The notes: generated by a model from the letters alone, not told the origin. A stretch of DNA of 64,000 nucleotides from Flavobacteriaceae bacterium (GCA_029238515.1 JAQWFW010000019.1:12717-76716); one strand, 5' to 3'; shown: positions 1 to 9,000, counted from the stretch's first letter. Numbers and translations: made by a program.

Positions 1-762
1 GTCTGATGACCCAATAATTAAATAATTTCCATTCTGAGTTTGCGCTGCTCCGTATGCAGTATCACTGTAGGTGCCTCCAAAATACCGACTCCATTCCAAT
101 TCACCTAATGGGTTGAGTTTGATGACCCAATAATCTCCACCAGCATGACGCTGCATGTTTGCTCGATTGTTGCCAGCTCCATTGGACGCAGAGACATCAA
201 GAACGCCAGATATTAGGTATCCATTGTCTTGTGTTTGAATTACGGAAAATGCACTATCTGATCCGGCATACCCCAAAGATTTTTCCCATTGAATTTCGCC
301 AGAAGCATTAAGTTTTGCCAACCAAAAGTCGTTAGAACCTGCATTAGAGGTCACATCATTATCATTGCTTTTACTGCTTCCTACAATAGCAAAACCACCG
401 TCATTTGTAGTGAGGATGTCTTCGCCTCGATCGTCATTAGAACCACCATAAACCCTTTGCCATTGTTCTTGACCTGTAGCATCGAATTTTAAAAGCCAAT
501 AATCATAAGAAGTGTCCGATTTGTTCGAAATATCTTCATCCATGCTTTGGGTATAACCCAAAACAGCATAGCCACCATCCGATGTGCTAACTACGGATTG
601 TCCACTCTCATTTTTTGTCCCGCCAAAGGTTAATGTTTGTTGAATTTCCAAGGGATTTTCAGCTGGAGTAGGTTGTTCCTCATCAGTTGAGTCACATCCT
701 GAAAACACAGAAAGAGATGTTAGAATAATACAAGTAGTTTTTATGTTTTGAAACAAACGCAT
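1..762 (-). CDS. Repeat-containing lipoprotein, partial (C-terminus runs off the left window edge)
   Basis: Absent from the ORF track because no stop lies in the window. The reverse-strand ATG at 762-760 opens MRLFQNIKTTCIILTSLSVFSGCDSTDEE (signal peptide plus lipobox Cys). At least 3.5 copies of a ~58-65 aa unit follow, e.g. FGG..(8-10)..DGGYAVLGYT..(N/D/S-rich)..DYWLLKFDATGQEQW. The frame stays open to nt 1. Confidence 0.75.
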   Translation of the reverse strand, partial: MRLFQNIKTTCIILTSLSVFSGCDSTDEEQPTPAENPLEIQQTLTFGGTKNESGQSVVSTSDGGYAVLGYTQSMDEDISNKSDTSYDYWLLKFDATGQEQWQRVYGGSNDDRGEDILTTNDGGFAIVGSSKSNDNDVTSNAGSNDFWLAKLNASGEIQWEKSLGYAGSDSAFSVIQTQDNGYLISGVLDVSASNGAGNNRANMQRHAGGDYWVIKLNPLGELEWSRYFGGTYSDTAYGAAQTQNGNYLIIGSSD

Positions 763-772
763 TATAATTTTA

Positions 773-2119
773 TTAATTACTTTTCTTAATAATAAAAAGT
801 CCCTTTTCTATATCACTTAAGACAATATGTTGACTCGCAAAGTATGGATATACATTCCAAACACCATCAAACGCAGCATTGTCATTTTCTGGATACGTAT
901 CAAAAAAACCAACCTCAGTCATGGACTGATTACTTATATCACTGATGCTTATTTCACGCATTCCAGCTCTGTAACTCGCCAAGAAATAACTATCGCCTAA
1001 AGTATAGCCATTGTGGTCTATAGAAGTATTTTGGGCAAGGTATTCAAAGCTTAGAGTGGGGTTGTCTAAATCATTAAAATCAAAAATCAGTGTTCTTGTA
1101 TTGTTGCCAAAATTTATCTCGTCAAGTTCATCACCAACAATAAAATAGCGTAAATCTTCAGTAAACCATCCTTGGTGTGTATATTTTACATTTGAATAAC
1201 TAATTGTTGAAATGATTGTTGGATTTGTTTTATCTGTTACATCAGCAATAACGACTTCATTTTCATTACTGCCAATAAGAATTTCTTTGCCTGTGTAATC
1301 CGTGTCTGGTCCGTTGTATGTTACGACTTGTGCATCATGCGAATAATCTCCATCGCCAAATTCACCTTCGAAAACGGGTGCAGTTGGATTTTGGATATTG
1401 ATAAATAACGGTCCTCCATTGGCATCAGATGTACCCACAACGTAAGCATATCCAGTATCTTCGTTAATCACAATATTATGTGCCCTTCCAAATTCTGTAA
1501 AATGGGTGTCAGCATCAAATTCTATTGGCGGATTTTGTACATCCCTTAAGCGTGTTAAATCGAAGACTTGCATGCCATGATTGTTGGCTTCTGAAACAAT
1601 AAATGCGTGATTTTGGTACACTTTTATGTCTCGCCACAAGCTATTTACTGTAGCGGTTGGCAAAACCCCTATCAGTTTCATATTGTCTGGGTCACTTATA
1701 TCAACAAATGCGGTATGTGAAGAAAGTCCAACCAAGGCATATTCTTTGCCGTCCTCTGGGTCTGTCCAACCCCAAGAGTCGTTGCCCGAAAGTGTTCCAT
1801 TTCCTGGGGCGGAAATAGAGAGGTCTTCCAAAGACAAATAACCAATTAAATCGTATCCATTACAAGGGTAGATTCCAGCAAATCCATTAATGCACGGCTC
1901 AGAGGTAAAGGTTACATCGTCGCAGGTATTACCGATTCCGTCATTGTCGCTGTCCTCTTGATCCGCATTGGCAACAGTGGGGCAATTATCAATGGTATCA
2001 AATAAACCATCTCCATCGGTGTCAGTGTAAGTTAGTCCAATAGTTTCATTTTCACAACTAAATAAAAATCCAACAAAGAAGACTAAAATGTATAAGATTG
2101 AAGGTTTTTCAAAATTCAT
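773..2119 (-). CDS. Lipoprotein with thrombospondin-type-3-like Ca-binding repeats and LVIVD-type beta-propeller repeats
   Basis: 448 aa. Signal peptide plus Cys (FLFSCENE). DTDGDGLFDTIDNCPTVANADQEDSDNDGIGNTCDD is a TSP3-like Asp-rich repeat. Recurring strand-turn motifs AFVDISDPDN, MQVFDLT, LFINIQNPTAP, VVIADVTDKTNP, LIFDFNDLDNP and REISISDISN are typical of LVIVD repeat proteins. Lies 10 nt upstream of the previous lipoprotein gene. Confidence 0.8.
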   Translation of the reverse strand: MNFEKPSILYILVFFVGFLFSCENETIGLTYTDTDGDGLFDTIDNCPTVANADQEDSDNDGIGNTCDDVTFTSEPCINGFAGIYPCNGYDLIGYLSLEDLSISAPGNGTLSGNDSWGWTDPEDGKEYALVGLSSHTAFVDISDPDNMKLIGVLPTATVNSLWRDIKVYQNHAFIVSEANNHGMQVFDLTRLRDVQNPPIEFDADTHFTEFGRAHNIVINEDTGYAYVVGTSDANGGPLFINIQNPTAPVFEGEFGDGDYSHDAQVVTYNGPDTDYTGKEILIGSNENEVVIADVTDKTNPTIISTISYSNVKYTHQGWFTEDLRYFIVGDELDEINFGNNTRTLIFDFNDLDNPTLSFEYLAQNTSIDHNGYTLGDSYFLASYRAGMREISISDISNQSMTEVGFFDTYPENDNAAFDGVWNVYPYFASQHIVLSDIEKGLFIIKKSN

Positions 2120-2209
2120 AATAGTAAAGATTTGTTTGTGAGTGACACAATTTACACTAAATTGTATAATTAAATCTTAAAAAATCCATAATTACTGTAT
2201 TTTTGCATC

Positions 2210-3259
2210 ATGATAGAAGACAAAAATGAAAAAAAAACAACACTTTCTGAATTAGGAGAATTTGGTTTAATAGAGCATTTAACAGCTAACTTTTCAATAA
2301 AAAATAAAACCACAATCTTAGGCATTGGAGATGATGCAGCAATACTAGATTTTAAAGATAAGGCCGTAGTTGTTTCAACAGATTTGCTTGTAGAAGGTGT
2401 GCATTTTGATTTGAGCTACATGCCATTGAAGCACTTGGGGTACAAAGCAGTTGTCGTGAATTTGTCTGATATATATGCCATGAATGCTTGCGCGACTCAA
2501 GTTACGGTTTCTATTGCAGTATCAAACCGCTTTGGCTTAGAAGCGCTAGAGGCATTATACGACGGAATTCGAACCGCAGCTTCTATTTATGAAATAGACG
2601 TTGTGGGAGGAGATACGACGTCCTCACAAAGTGGTTTGACTATTTCGGTCACAGCTATTGGTGAAGTTAATGCTTCTGATGCCGTCAAGCGAAGCGGTGC
2701 AAAACCAAACGATTTGTTGGTGGTTACTGGCGATATTGGTGCAGCGTATTTAGGGTTTCAGGTATTGGAGCGTGAAAAAGAAGTTTTTAAGGTAAATCCA
2801 AACAATCAGCCAGACTTGGATGCGTACACTTATATCATTGAGCGTCAGCTTAAGCCAGAGGCCAGAAAGGACATTGTCCAATTGCTTCAAGATTTGGAAG
2901 TGAAACCTACTTCAATGATCGATATTAGCGATGGCTTATCTTCAGAAATCATTCATTTGTGCAAACAAAGCAATGTTGGGTGCGATTTGTATGAAGAAAA
3001 AATACCATTGGATCCTCAAGTGATTTCTACTTGTGAAGAATTTAATTTAGACAGCACAACAATTGCCCTTAGTGGTGGCGAGGATTACGAGCTGCTGATG
3101 ACCATCAGTCAAGAGGATTATCCAAAAATTAAAGCCAACCCAAATTTGACAGTAATTGGATATATGACAGATGCTCGTTCTGGAATGCATTTAGTGACTC
3201 GTGGCGATGAAAAAATTCCCCTCAAAGCTCAGGGGTGGAATAGCTTAAACAAAGACTAG
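2210..3259 (+). CDS. thiL: Thiamine-monophosphate kinase
   Basis: 349 aa. LSELGEFGLIEHL, GIGDDAAIL and STDLLVEGVHF match the ThiL N-terminus and AIR-synthase-like fold. Its stop overlaps the stop of convergent gldD (CTAG). Confidence 0.9.
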   Translation: MIEDKNEKKTTLSELGEFGLIEHLTANFSIKNKTTILGIGDDAAILDFKDKAVVVSTDLLVEGVHFDLSYMPLKHLGYKAVVVNLSDIYAMNACATQVTVSIAVSNRFGLEALEALYDGIRTAASIYEIDVVGGDTTSSQSGLTISVTAIGEVNASDAVKRSGAKPNDLLVVTGDIGAAYLGFQVLEREKEVFKVNPNNQPDLDAYTYIIERQLKPEARKDIVQLLQDLEVKPTSMIDISDGLSSEIIHLCKQSNVGCDLYEEKIPLDPQVISTCEEFNLDSTTIALSGGEDYELLMTISQEDYPKIKANPNLTVIGYMTDARSGMHLVTRGDEKIPLKAQGWNSLNKD

Positions 3260-3822
3260 TTTTTCCAGTGTAAACTTTCCATCAGCATTACGATATCTTT
3301 TTTGACATAATCTATTGCGGGTAATATGGAATCGTAGTTTGGGCGTGCATTAAAATACAATGCGCCAGTAAGAAAGTGTTTTTTGTGATCTGAAATATGA
3401 AATTGAATTTGTGACGCTACAGGGCCACGCAATTCGTATAATTTGCCATACACTTTTGTCCGCTCATTTTCAAAAGAACGTTCGGAAACTTCACGAGCCA
3501 TTTGTGCGTGTTTTTGCGTAATGGATTGTGCATCCGAGACGAATGTCTTTAGGTTATTATCCACAGCACCATAGGTCAAATAGACAGTTGCATTTAATGC
3601 GTTGTAGTTGAGGTTTAAACCTACTGGTTGCTTGTTTTTTTCTACTGTTTCGACCGTAGAGAGCTTATTTTTTTTAAAAGTAAAAGGTAGTACAGTCTCT
3701 ATATTTTTGTAATCGGCATTTGGGTATTCCAAGCGTAAAAATGCCTTGGGTTTTGGAACTTCAACTTGTTGGCATCCAAAACAACAACAAATAATTACGA
3801 GGATAAAAAAACGACACATCAT
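3256..3822 (-). CDS. gldD: Gliding motility lipoprotein GldD
   Basis: 188 aa with lipobox CCCFGCQQ. Lies immediately downstream of gldE with a 4-nt overlap. The mutY-ssb-gldE-gldD order matches what I recall for the Flavobacterium johnsoniae gldDE locus. Confidence 0.75.
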   Translation of the reverse strand: MMCRFFILVIICCCFGCQQVEVPKPKAFLRLEYPNADYKNIETVLPFTFKKNKLSTVETVEKNKQPVGLNLNYNALNATVYLTYGAVDNNLKTFVSDAQSITQKHAQMAREVSERSFENERTKVYGKLYELRGPVASQIQFHISDHKKHFLTGALYFNARPNYDSILPAIDYVKKDIVMLMESLHWKN

Positions 3823-5138
3823 TTCTTAAGTGTAACTTTTAATTGTTTTATTCTTTTGTTGTCAATGCCTTCGACAACAAAAGTGAAGGTTTTGAATTTT
3901 ATTTTAGACCTAATTTTTGGAAAACTTTTAGAAATTTCAAGAACAAAACCTGCAAGTGTCTCCGCCTCTCCTTTTTTGTGTTCAAAAATAGATTCGTCTT
4001 CAAGTTTGATGATTCTGTAGAAATCTTTCAGCGCTGTTTTGCCATCAAAGACATAATTGTGATCGTCAATTTTAGAGTAAATTAAATCATCATCATCAAA
4101 TTCGTCACTAATATCACCAACAATTTCTTCTATGACATCTTCCAATGAAACTACTCCTGAAGTTCCACCATATTCGTCTACAACGACAGCCAAGTGAATC
4201 TTTTTTTCTTGAAATTCGACCATCAAATCATCCAATTTTTTGTTCTCAGGCACAAACAATGGTGCTCTTAGCAAGCTGTTCCAATTGAATTCTTTTTTCT
4301 TAAGGTGTGGTAAAAGATCTTTGGCATATAATATTCCTGAAACAGAATCAATAGAATTTTCATAAACAGGAATTCTTGAGTAGCCATGTGCTACAATTTC
4401 TGGAATAATATCTTTAAATTTTAAAGAAGATTCTAGTGCAAAAATATCAATACGTGGGCGCATGACTTGTTTGGTGTCGGTGTTCCCAAAAGAAACAATA
4501 CCTTGAAGAATTTTTTGTTCTTCCTTGGTAGTATCATCTTCACTTGTTAGTTCCAATGCTTGAGAAAGATAATCTACGTTCAAGTTAGACTTTTGCTTTC
4601 CAAGACGCTTGTGGATCGACAAAGTGACTTTGCGCATGGGCATACTAATGGGCGAAAAAAGGACATCTAACACCTTGAGCGGTCTTGCCATAAATATCGA
4701 AAACTTCAAATTATTTCGATTGGCATACACTTTTGGTAAAATTTCACCAAAGAGTAAAATCAAAAAAGTAATTATTATGACTTCTACAAAAAAGACCAAA
4801 TCAATCTCGAAAAAGCCCAAATCAAGTTCTGAATCAATTCCGCTAAACATACGTTCACTTAGTGTTGCAAAAAGTAAAACAATACCAATATTTATAAAAT
4901 TATTGGCGACCAAAATTGTAGCGAGTAATTTTTTTGGGCGACGTAGAAGCGTATTGATGATGTCTAATGCTTTAGAGCCATTGTCTTGTGGCTCTAAATC
5001 TGCTTTTGTCAGAGAAAAAAGAGCAACTTCTGCTCCAGAAATAAGCGCAGAGCAACATAGAAGAATGACAAGAAACAAACCGCCAAACAAAAGGGTTGTG
5101 TCTATAGAATTGAAAAAATGAATGATGTTAGCGTTCAA
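3819..5138 (-). CDS. gldE: Gliding motility protein GldE (DUF21-CBS-CorC/HlyC membrane protein)
   Basis: 439 aa. Multi-TM N-terminus, CBS pair, and a CorC-type C-terminal domain (VVVDEYGGTSGVVSLEDVIEEIVGDISDEFDDDD). Context is with gldD. Confidence 0.8.
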   Translation of the reverse strand: MNANIIHFFNSIDTTLLFGGLFLVILLCCSALISGAEVALFSLTKADLEPQDNGSKALDIINTLLRRPKKLLATILVANNFINIGIVLLFATLSERMFSGIDSELDLGFFEIDLVFFVEVIIITFLILLFGEILPKVYANRNNLKFSIFMARPLKVLDVLFSPISMPMRKVTLSIHKRLGKQKSNLNVDYLSQALELTSEDDTTKEEQKILQGIVSFGNTDTKQVMRPRIDIFALESSLKFKDIIPEIVAHGYSRIPVYENSIDSVSGILYAKDLLPHLKKKEFNWNSLLRAPLFVPENKKLDDLMVEFQEKKIHLAVVVDEYGGTSGVVSLEDVIEEIVGDISDEFDDDDLIYSKIDDHNYVFDGKTALKDFYRIIKLEDESIFEHKKGEAETLAGFVLEISKSFPKIRSKIKFKTFTFVVEGIDNKRIKQLKVTLKK

Positions 5139-5160
5139 AGGAATTTAGTTGGTGAAAAAA

Positions 5161-5598
5161 TCAAAAGGGCAGATCGTCAGAACCTTCAGCTTTAGTGGTA
5201 TGAGTTGGTGGTGCTTGTGCTTTGGGCTGAACAGCATCAGTTGCTTGCTGGGTTTGCTCATTTTTTGCCGTTAAAAATGTAAAATCGGTACACACTATTT
5301 CTGTAGAATAACGGTCGTTGCCTTTGTCGTCCTGCCATTTACGTGTTTTGAGACGTCCTTCAATGTATACACGATCTCCTTTTTTAAGGTATTTTTCGCA
5401 AATTTCGGCAGCTTTGTTGCGCACAACAATGTTGTGCCATTCTGTATTGGTTACTTTTTCGTTTGTTTGTTTGTTGGTGTATGTCTCGTTGGTTGCCAAT
5501 GGGAAGCGCCCCACACAATTACTGTCATCAAAGTAGTGGATTTTGACGTTATCTCCCAAATGACCAATGAGCATGACTTTATTTAATGTTCCAGACAT
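5161..5598 (-). CDS. ssb: Single-stranded DNA-binding protein
   Basis: 145 aa. OB-fold N-terminus (NKVMLIGHLGDNV, TEWHNIVV), a Q/A/P-rich tail, and the acidic tip DDLPF. Confidence 0.95.
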   Translation of the reverse strand: MSGTLNKVMLIGHLGDNVKIHYFDDSNCVGRFPLATNETYTNKQTNEKVTNTEWHNIVVRNKAAEICEKYLKKGDRVYIEGRLKTRKWQDDKGNDRYSTEIVCTDFTFLTAKNEQTQQATDAVQPKAQAPPTHTTKAEGSDDLPF

Positions 5599-5657
5599 AA
5601 TTTGAATTTAAAGTAGGATGAATTTATAAAGTATAAAGATATTCAAAAAAATGACAA

Positions 5658-6698
5658 CTAAGATTGAAATTCTCGTATAAATCGATCTATAACAATAGGA
5701 ACTGCACGTTTTGAAACTTCGGACCAAATGACCCCTTGTTTTAAATTCTCGGGAGTATGTAAGATCCAGAATTTGATATATAATTCTTGATGCGATAATC
5801 TGTGAATGATTTCTTTTTTGTTGAATAATTCTACAGAATCAATTATTAATCCTTCAATTTTTTTATGTTTTGAAAATAATTTAGATTTCATATCCTGTAT
5901 AGCTTTGGGTGTTTCAATTAATGGAAATTGATATAGGTTTTGCCAAATGCCTTTGTCTGTTCTTTGTTCCAAAATGGTTTTGCGGTCTTTTGAGTTTACC
6001 ACTAAAAAATTGAAATACTTTTTCGATACCTTAAGTTTTTTGAGTTTTACAGGTAATAATTGAATTTGGCCTGTATTGTGCGCTATGCAATCACTCGCTA
6101 AAGGGCATTTTGAGCAATCTGGGGCCTTTGGCTTACATTGTCTTGCGCCAAATTCCATAATGGCTTGGTTGTAATCGCCAAAGTTTTTTTGTGGCAACAA
6201 TGATGTTGCGAGTGCTTTAAATTGTTTGACCCCTTGTGTTGAGTTTGTGGGTGTATCTATTCCAAAATAACGGGACAAAACTCTGTATACATTTCCATCG
6301 ACTACTGCTGTTTTTTCTTCGTAACAGATTGATGCAATCGCACTTGCGGTGTAATCCCCAACACCTTTAAGGGTTAGCAATTCTTTGTAATTTTTTGGAA
6401 ATATACCTTTCAATTCTTTTGCAACATACATCGAGGTTTTGTGCAAATTTCGTGCTCTAGAATAATATCCTAACCCTTGCCAATCTTTAAGAACCATGTC
6501 TTCGGTAGCTTGTGCAAGATCAAAAACCGTTGGGTAATGAGAAATAAACCTTAAGTAATAAGGTAATCCTTGTTGAATTTGGGTTTGCTGAAGAATAATT
6601 TCAGATAGCCAAATGTGATAAGGGTCTTTGGTAGAGCGCCAAGGCAAATCTCTTTTGTGCGTTGAATACCAATAGGTTAATTTTGAATTAAAGTTCAT
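5658..6698 (-). CDS. mutY: A/G-specific adenine DNA glycosylase
   Basis: 346 aa. HhH-GPD core, 4-Cys Fe-S loop CKPKAPDCSKCPLASDC, and a C-terminal NUDIX-like domain. Confidence 0.9.
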   Translation of the reverse strand: MNFNSKLTYWYSTHKRDLPWRSTKDPYHIWLSEIILQQTQIQQGLPYYLRFISHYPTVFDLAQATEDMVLKDWQGLGYYSRARNLHKTSMYVAKELKGIFPKNYKELLTLKGVGDYTASAIASICYEEKTAVVDGNVYRVLSRYFGIDTPTNSTQGVKQFKALATSLLPQKNFGDYNQAIMEFGARQCKPKAPDCSKCPLASDCIAHNTGQIQLLPVKLKKLKVSKKYFNFLVVNSKDRKTILEQRTDKGIWQNLYQFPLIETPKAIQDMKSKLFSKHKKIEGLIIDSVELFNKKEIIHRLSHQELYIKFWILHTPENLKQGVIWSEVSKRAVPIVIDRFIREFQS

Positions 6699-6759
6699 TT
6701 TTTTTCAGCATCAACAACAAAAATAAACTATTCAACGGATAAATTTTAATTCTTAAGGA

Positions 6760-6791
6760 TTGAAATATTGAAATTAAAATACATATATTTG
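6760..6791 (+). promoter_or_regulatory. Candidate Bacteroidota sigma-A promoter for the HU gene
   Basis: TTG at 6760-6762, a 21-nt spacer, then TATATTTG at 6784-6791 (fits the -7 consensus TAnnTTTG). The motif ends 38 nt upstream of the HU start codon. Confidence 0.35.
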
Positions 6792-6829
6792 CAAGCCCTT
6801 AAATGACATTAACTTAAAAGTGCAATAAA

Positions 6830-7120
6830 ATGACAAAAGCAGAAATTGTGACAAAAATTTCTAATGATTTAGGAATTGAAAAAACAGACGTTCTTGCTAC
6901 TGTGGAGTCTTTTATGAATGAAGTAAAAGGATCTTTAGAATCTGGTAACAACGTATACCTCAGAGGTTTTGGTAGTTTCGTGATTAAAACACGTGCAGAA
7001 AAAATTGGTAGAAATATTTTAAAAAATACATCCATCAAAATACCTGCACACAACATACCTTCTTTTAAACCATCAAAAGTATTTCTTGAAGGTGTTAAGA
7101 AGAAGGTGAAAGTCAATTAA
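6830..7120 (+). CDS. hup: HU-family DNA-binding protein
   Basis: 96 aa. MTKAEIV..ISNDLGIEKTDV...V.LRGFGSF..K.RAEK.GRN is the typical HU/IHF fold signature. Confidence 0.9.
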   Translation: MTKAEIVTKISNDLGIEKTDVLATVESFMNEVKGSLESGNNVYLRGFGSFVIKTRAEKIGRNILKNTSIKIPAHNIPSFKPSKVFLEGVKKKVKVN

Positions 7121-7142
7121 TTAATTATAAAAAAAGGTATAT

Positions 7143-7232
7143 ATGCCCAGTGGTAAAAAACGTAAAAGACACAAGGTAGCTACGCATAAGCGTAAGAAAC
7201 GTCGTCGCGCAAACCGACACAAAAAAAAGTAA
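7143..7232 (+). CDS. 29-aa ultra-basic peptide, bS22 / mS38 (AURKAIP1-COX24)-like small ribosomal protein candidate
   Basis: ATG at 7143, TAA at 7230-7232. Encodes MPSGKKRKRHKVATHKRKKRRRANRHKKK (20 of 29 residues are K/R/H). Starts 22 nt after the HU stop and is followed directly by a terminator hairpin. Too short for the ORF track. Confidence 0.6.
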   Translation: MPSGKKRKRHKVATHKRKKRRRANRHKKK

Positions 7233-7238
7233 ACTGAT

Positions 7239-7268
7239 AAAGTAGCATTTGCTACTTTTTCAGTTTTA
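7239..7268 (+). terminator. Rho-independent terminator after the HU / small-peptide pair
   Basis: 8-bp stem aaagtagc (7239-7246) / gctacttt (7251-7258), loop attt, then a T-rich run (tttttcagtttt). Confidence 0.6.
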
Positions 7269-7451
7269 AAGTAAACGTTCATTGAAATCAAATTCATGCA
7301 TTATCATTTTTACCTATTTGACACCATGAATTTAACGGGATAAAATCCTGTGAAAATTAATTTTTATCATGATAAGTTCATCATTGGTAAAAACAAAATT
7401 ATTGTATAATCCATCTGTGCAACTTCAGTTGTATAGATTAAAATTAACACT

Positions 7452-8999
7452 ATGAATAAAGAATTAATCATTCGATCCAGTTCAGACAATGTTGATTTTG
7501 CCTTATTAAAAGATGGAAAACTAATTGAATTTCAAAAGGACAAGGAGAACAATAAATTTTCTGTAGGCGATGTGTTTTTAGCCAAAGTCAGAAAATCTAT
7601 TCCTGGACTCAACGCTGCATTTGTAAATGTAGGATATCACAAAGATGCATTTTTGCATTATCATGATTTAGGTCCAAAACTTCCTTCTTTGTTGAAATTC
7701 ATAAAACGTGTAAGCACAGGTAAACAAAAAGACTTTTCTCTTAAAGATTTTCCTTATGAAAAAGACATTCATAAAGATGGTAAAATTGATAAAGCTATAA
7801 AGCCAAATCAATCTTTACTGGTTCAAATAGTTAAAGAACCAATATCTTCAAAGGGGCCAAGAATTAGTTCGGAACTTTCATTCGCTGGACGCTATTTGGT
7901 GTTAGTGCCATTTTCAGATCGGATTTCAATTTCTCAAAAAATTGAAAGTCGTGCAGAAAAAGAGCGTCTAAAACGACTGGTCAAAAGTATAACACCTAAA
8001 GGATTTGGCGTTATCATCAGGACCGTAGCCAAAGGCAAAAAAGTAGCCGAACTCGACAAAGACTTGCAAAATTTATATGTGAAATGGGAAACTGTATGCA
8101 AGAGCATCCCCAAAGCACATACACCAAGTAAAGTCTTAGGAGAAATGAACAAGGCCTCCTCTATTTTGAGAGATATTTTTAATGATAGCTTTACAAAAAT
8201 AACAGTAGACAATCAAGATCTATGCGACAAAATTAAAGATTATGTTTTTGAAATCGCACCACACAAAGAATCTATTGTTAAGCATTACAATTCCAAAACA
8301 CCAATTTTTGAAAAATACGGAATTGAACGCCAAATAAAAACATCCTTTGGAAAAACAGTTTCATTGCCCAAAGGAGCATATCTTATTGTAGAGCACACCG
8401 AAGCACTTCATGTTGTGGATGTCAATAGTGGCAACCGAACAAGTAAAGAAAAAAACCAAGAAGATACCGCAATCGAAGTCAATATGATTGCAGCAACCGA
8501 ACTTGCAAGGCAATTTAGACTTCGCGACATGGGAGGTATCATTGTGGTCGATTTCATTGATATGAATAGTGCAGAAAATCGAAAAAAATTGTTCAATCAT
8601 TTAAGAGATGAAATGAAAGACGATCGGGCAAAACATAAAATTTTGCCGCCTAGTAAATTTGGTCTTATTCAAATCACACGTCAGCGTGTTCGTCCAGAAA
8701 TGAACATCAAAACAAAAGAAGCAAATCCTAATGGAATTAATGGTGCTGAAGTAGAGGCACCCATTGTTTTGATAGATAAAATTGACCATCAACTCGATCA
8801 AATTATAAAAAAAGGACATAAAAGCGTAACTTTAAACACACACCCTTTTATTGCCGCCTTTATTACAAAAGGATTCCCATCTATTCGTTTGAAATGGTAT
8901 TTCAAATATAAAAAATGGGTCAAAATTATGCCAAGAGATGCTTACACGTATTTGGAATATCGTTTTAAAAACGATAACGGCAAAACAATTAAATTGTAA
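7452..8999 (+). CDS. rng: Rne/Rng-family ribonuclease (RNase G-like)
   Basis: 515 aa. N-terminal S1 domain (FSVGDVFLAKVRKSIPGLNAAFVNVG) and catalytic-core motifs (ALHVVDVNSG, GGIIVVDFIDM). No RNase E scaffold tail. Confidence 0.85.
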   Translation: MNKELIIRSSSDNVDFALLKDGKLIEFQKDKENNKFSVGDVFLAKVRKSIPGLNAAFVNVGYHKDAFLHYHDLGPKLPSLLKFIKRVSTGKQKDFSLKDFPYEKDIHKDGKIDKAIKPNQSLLVQIVKEPISSKGPRISSELSFAGRYLVLVPFSDRISISQKIESRAEKERLKRLVKSITPKGFGVIIRTVAKGKKVAELDKDLQNLYVKWETVCKSIPKAHTPSKVLGEMNKASSILRDIFNDSFTKITVDNQDLCDKIKDYVFEIAPHKESIVKHYNSKTPIFEKYGIERQIKTSFGKTVSLPKGAYLIVEHTEALHVVDVNSGNRTSKEKNQEDTAIEVNMIAATELARQFRLRDMGGIIVVDFIDMNSAENRKKLFNHLRDEMKDDRAKHKILPPSKFGLIQITRQRVRPEMNIKTKEANPNGINGAEVEAPIVLIDKIDHQLDQIIKKGHKSVTLNTHPFIAAFITKGFPSIRLKWYFKYKKWVKIMPRDAYTYLEYRFKNDNGKTIKL

Positions 9000-9000
9000 T

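Noticed and set aside
289-492. 67-aa plus-strand ORF near the left edge
   Set aside because: It lies antisense to the long open minus-strand frame that encodes the repeat lipoprotein.
4609-5121. 170-aa plus-strand ORF inside gldE
   Set aside because: Antisense to a well-supported CBS/CorC membrane protein. Its K/S-rich low-complexity translation has no start context.
6814-7116. 100-aa minus-strand ORF covering the HU gene
   Set aside because: The plus-strand frame gives a textbook HU protein, so the antisense frame is a shadow ORF.
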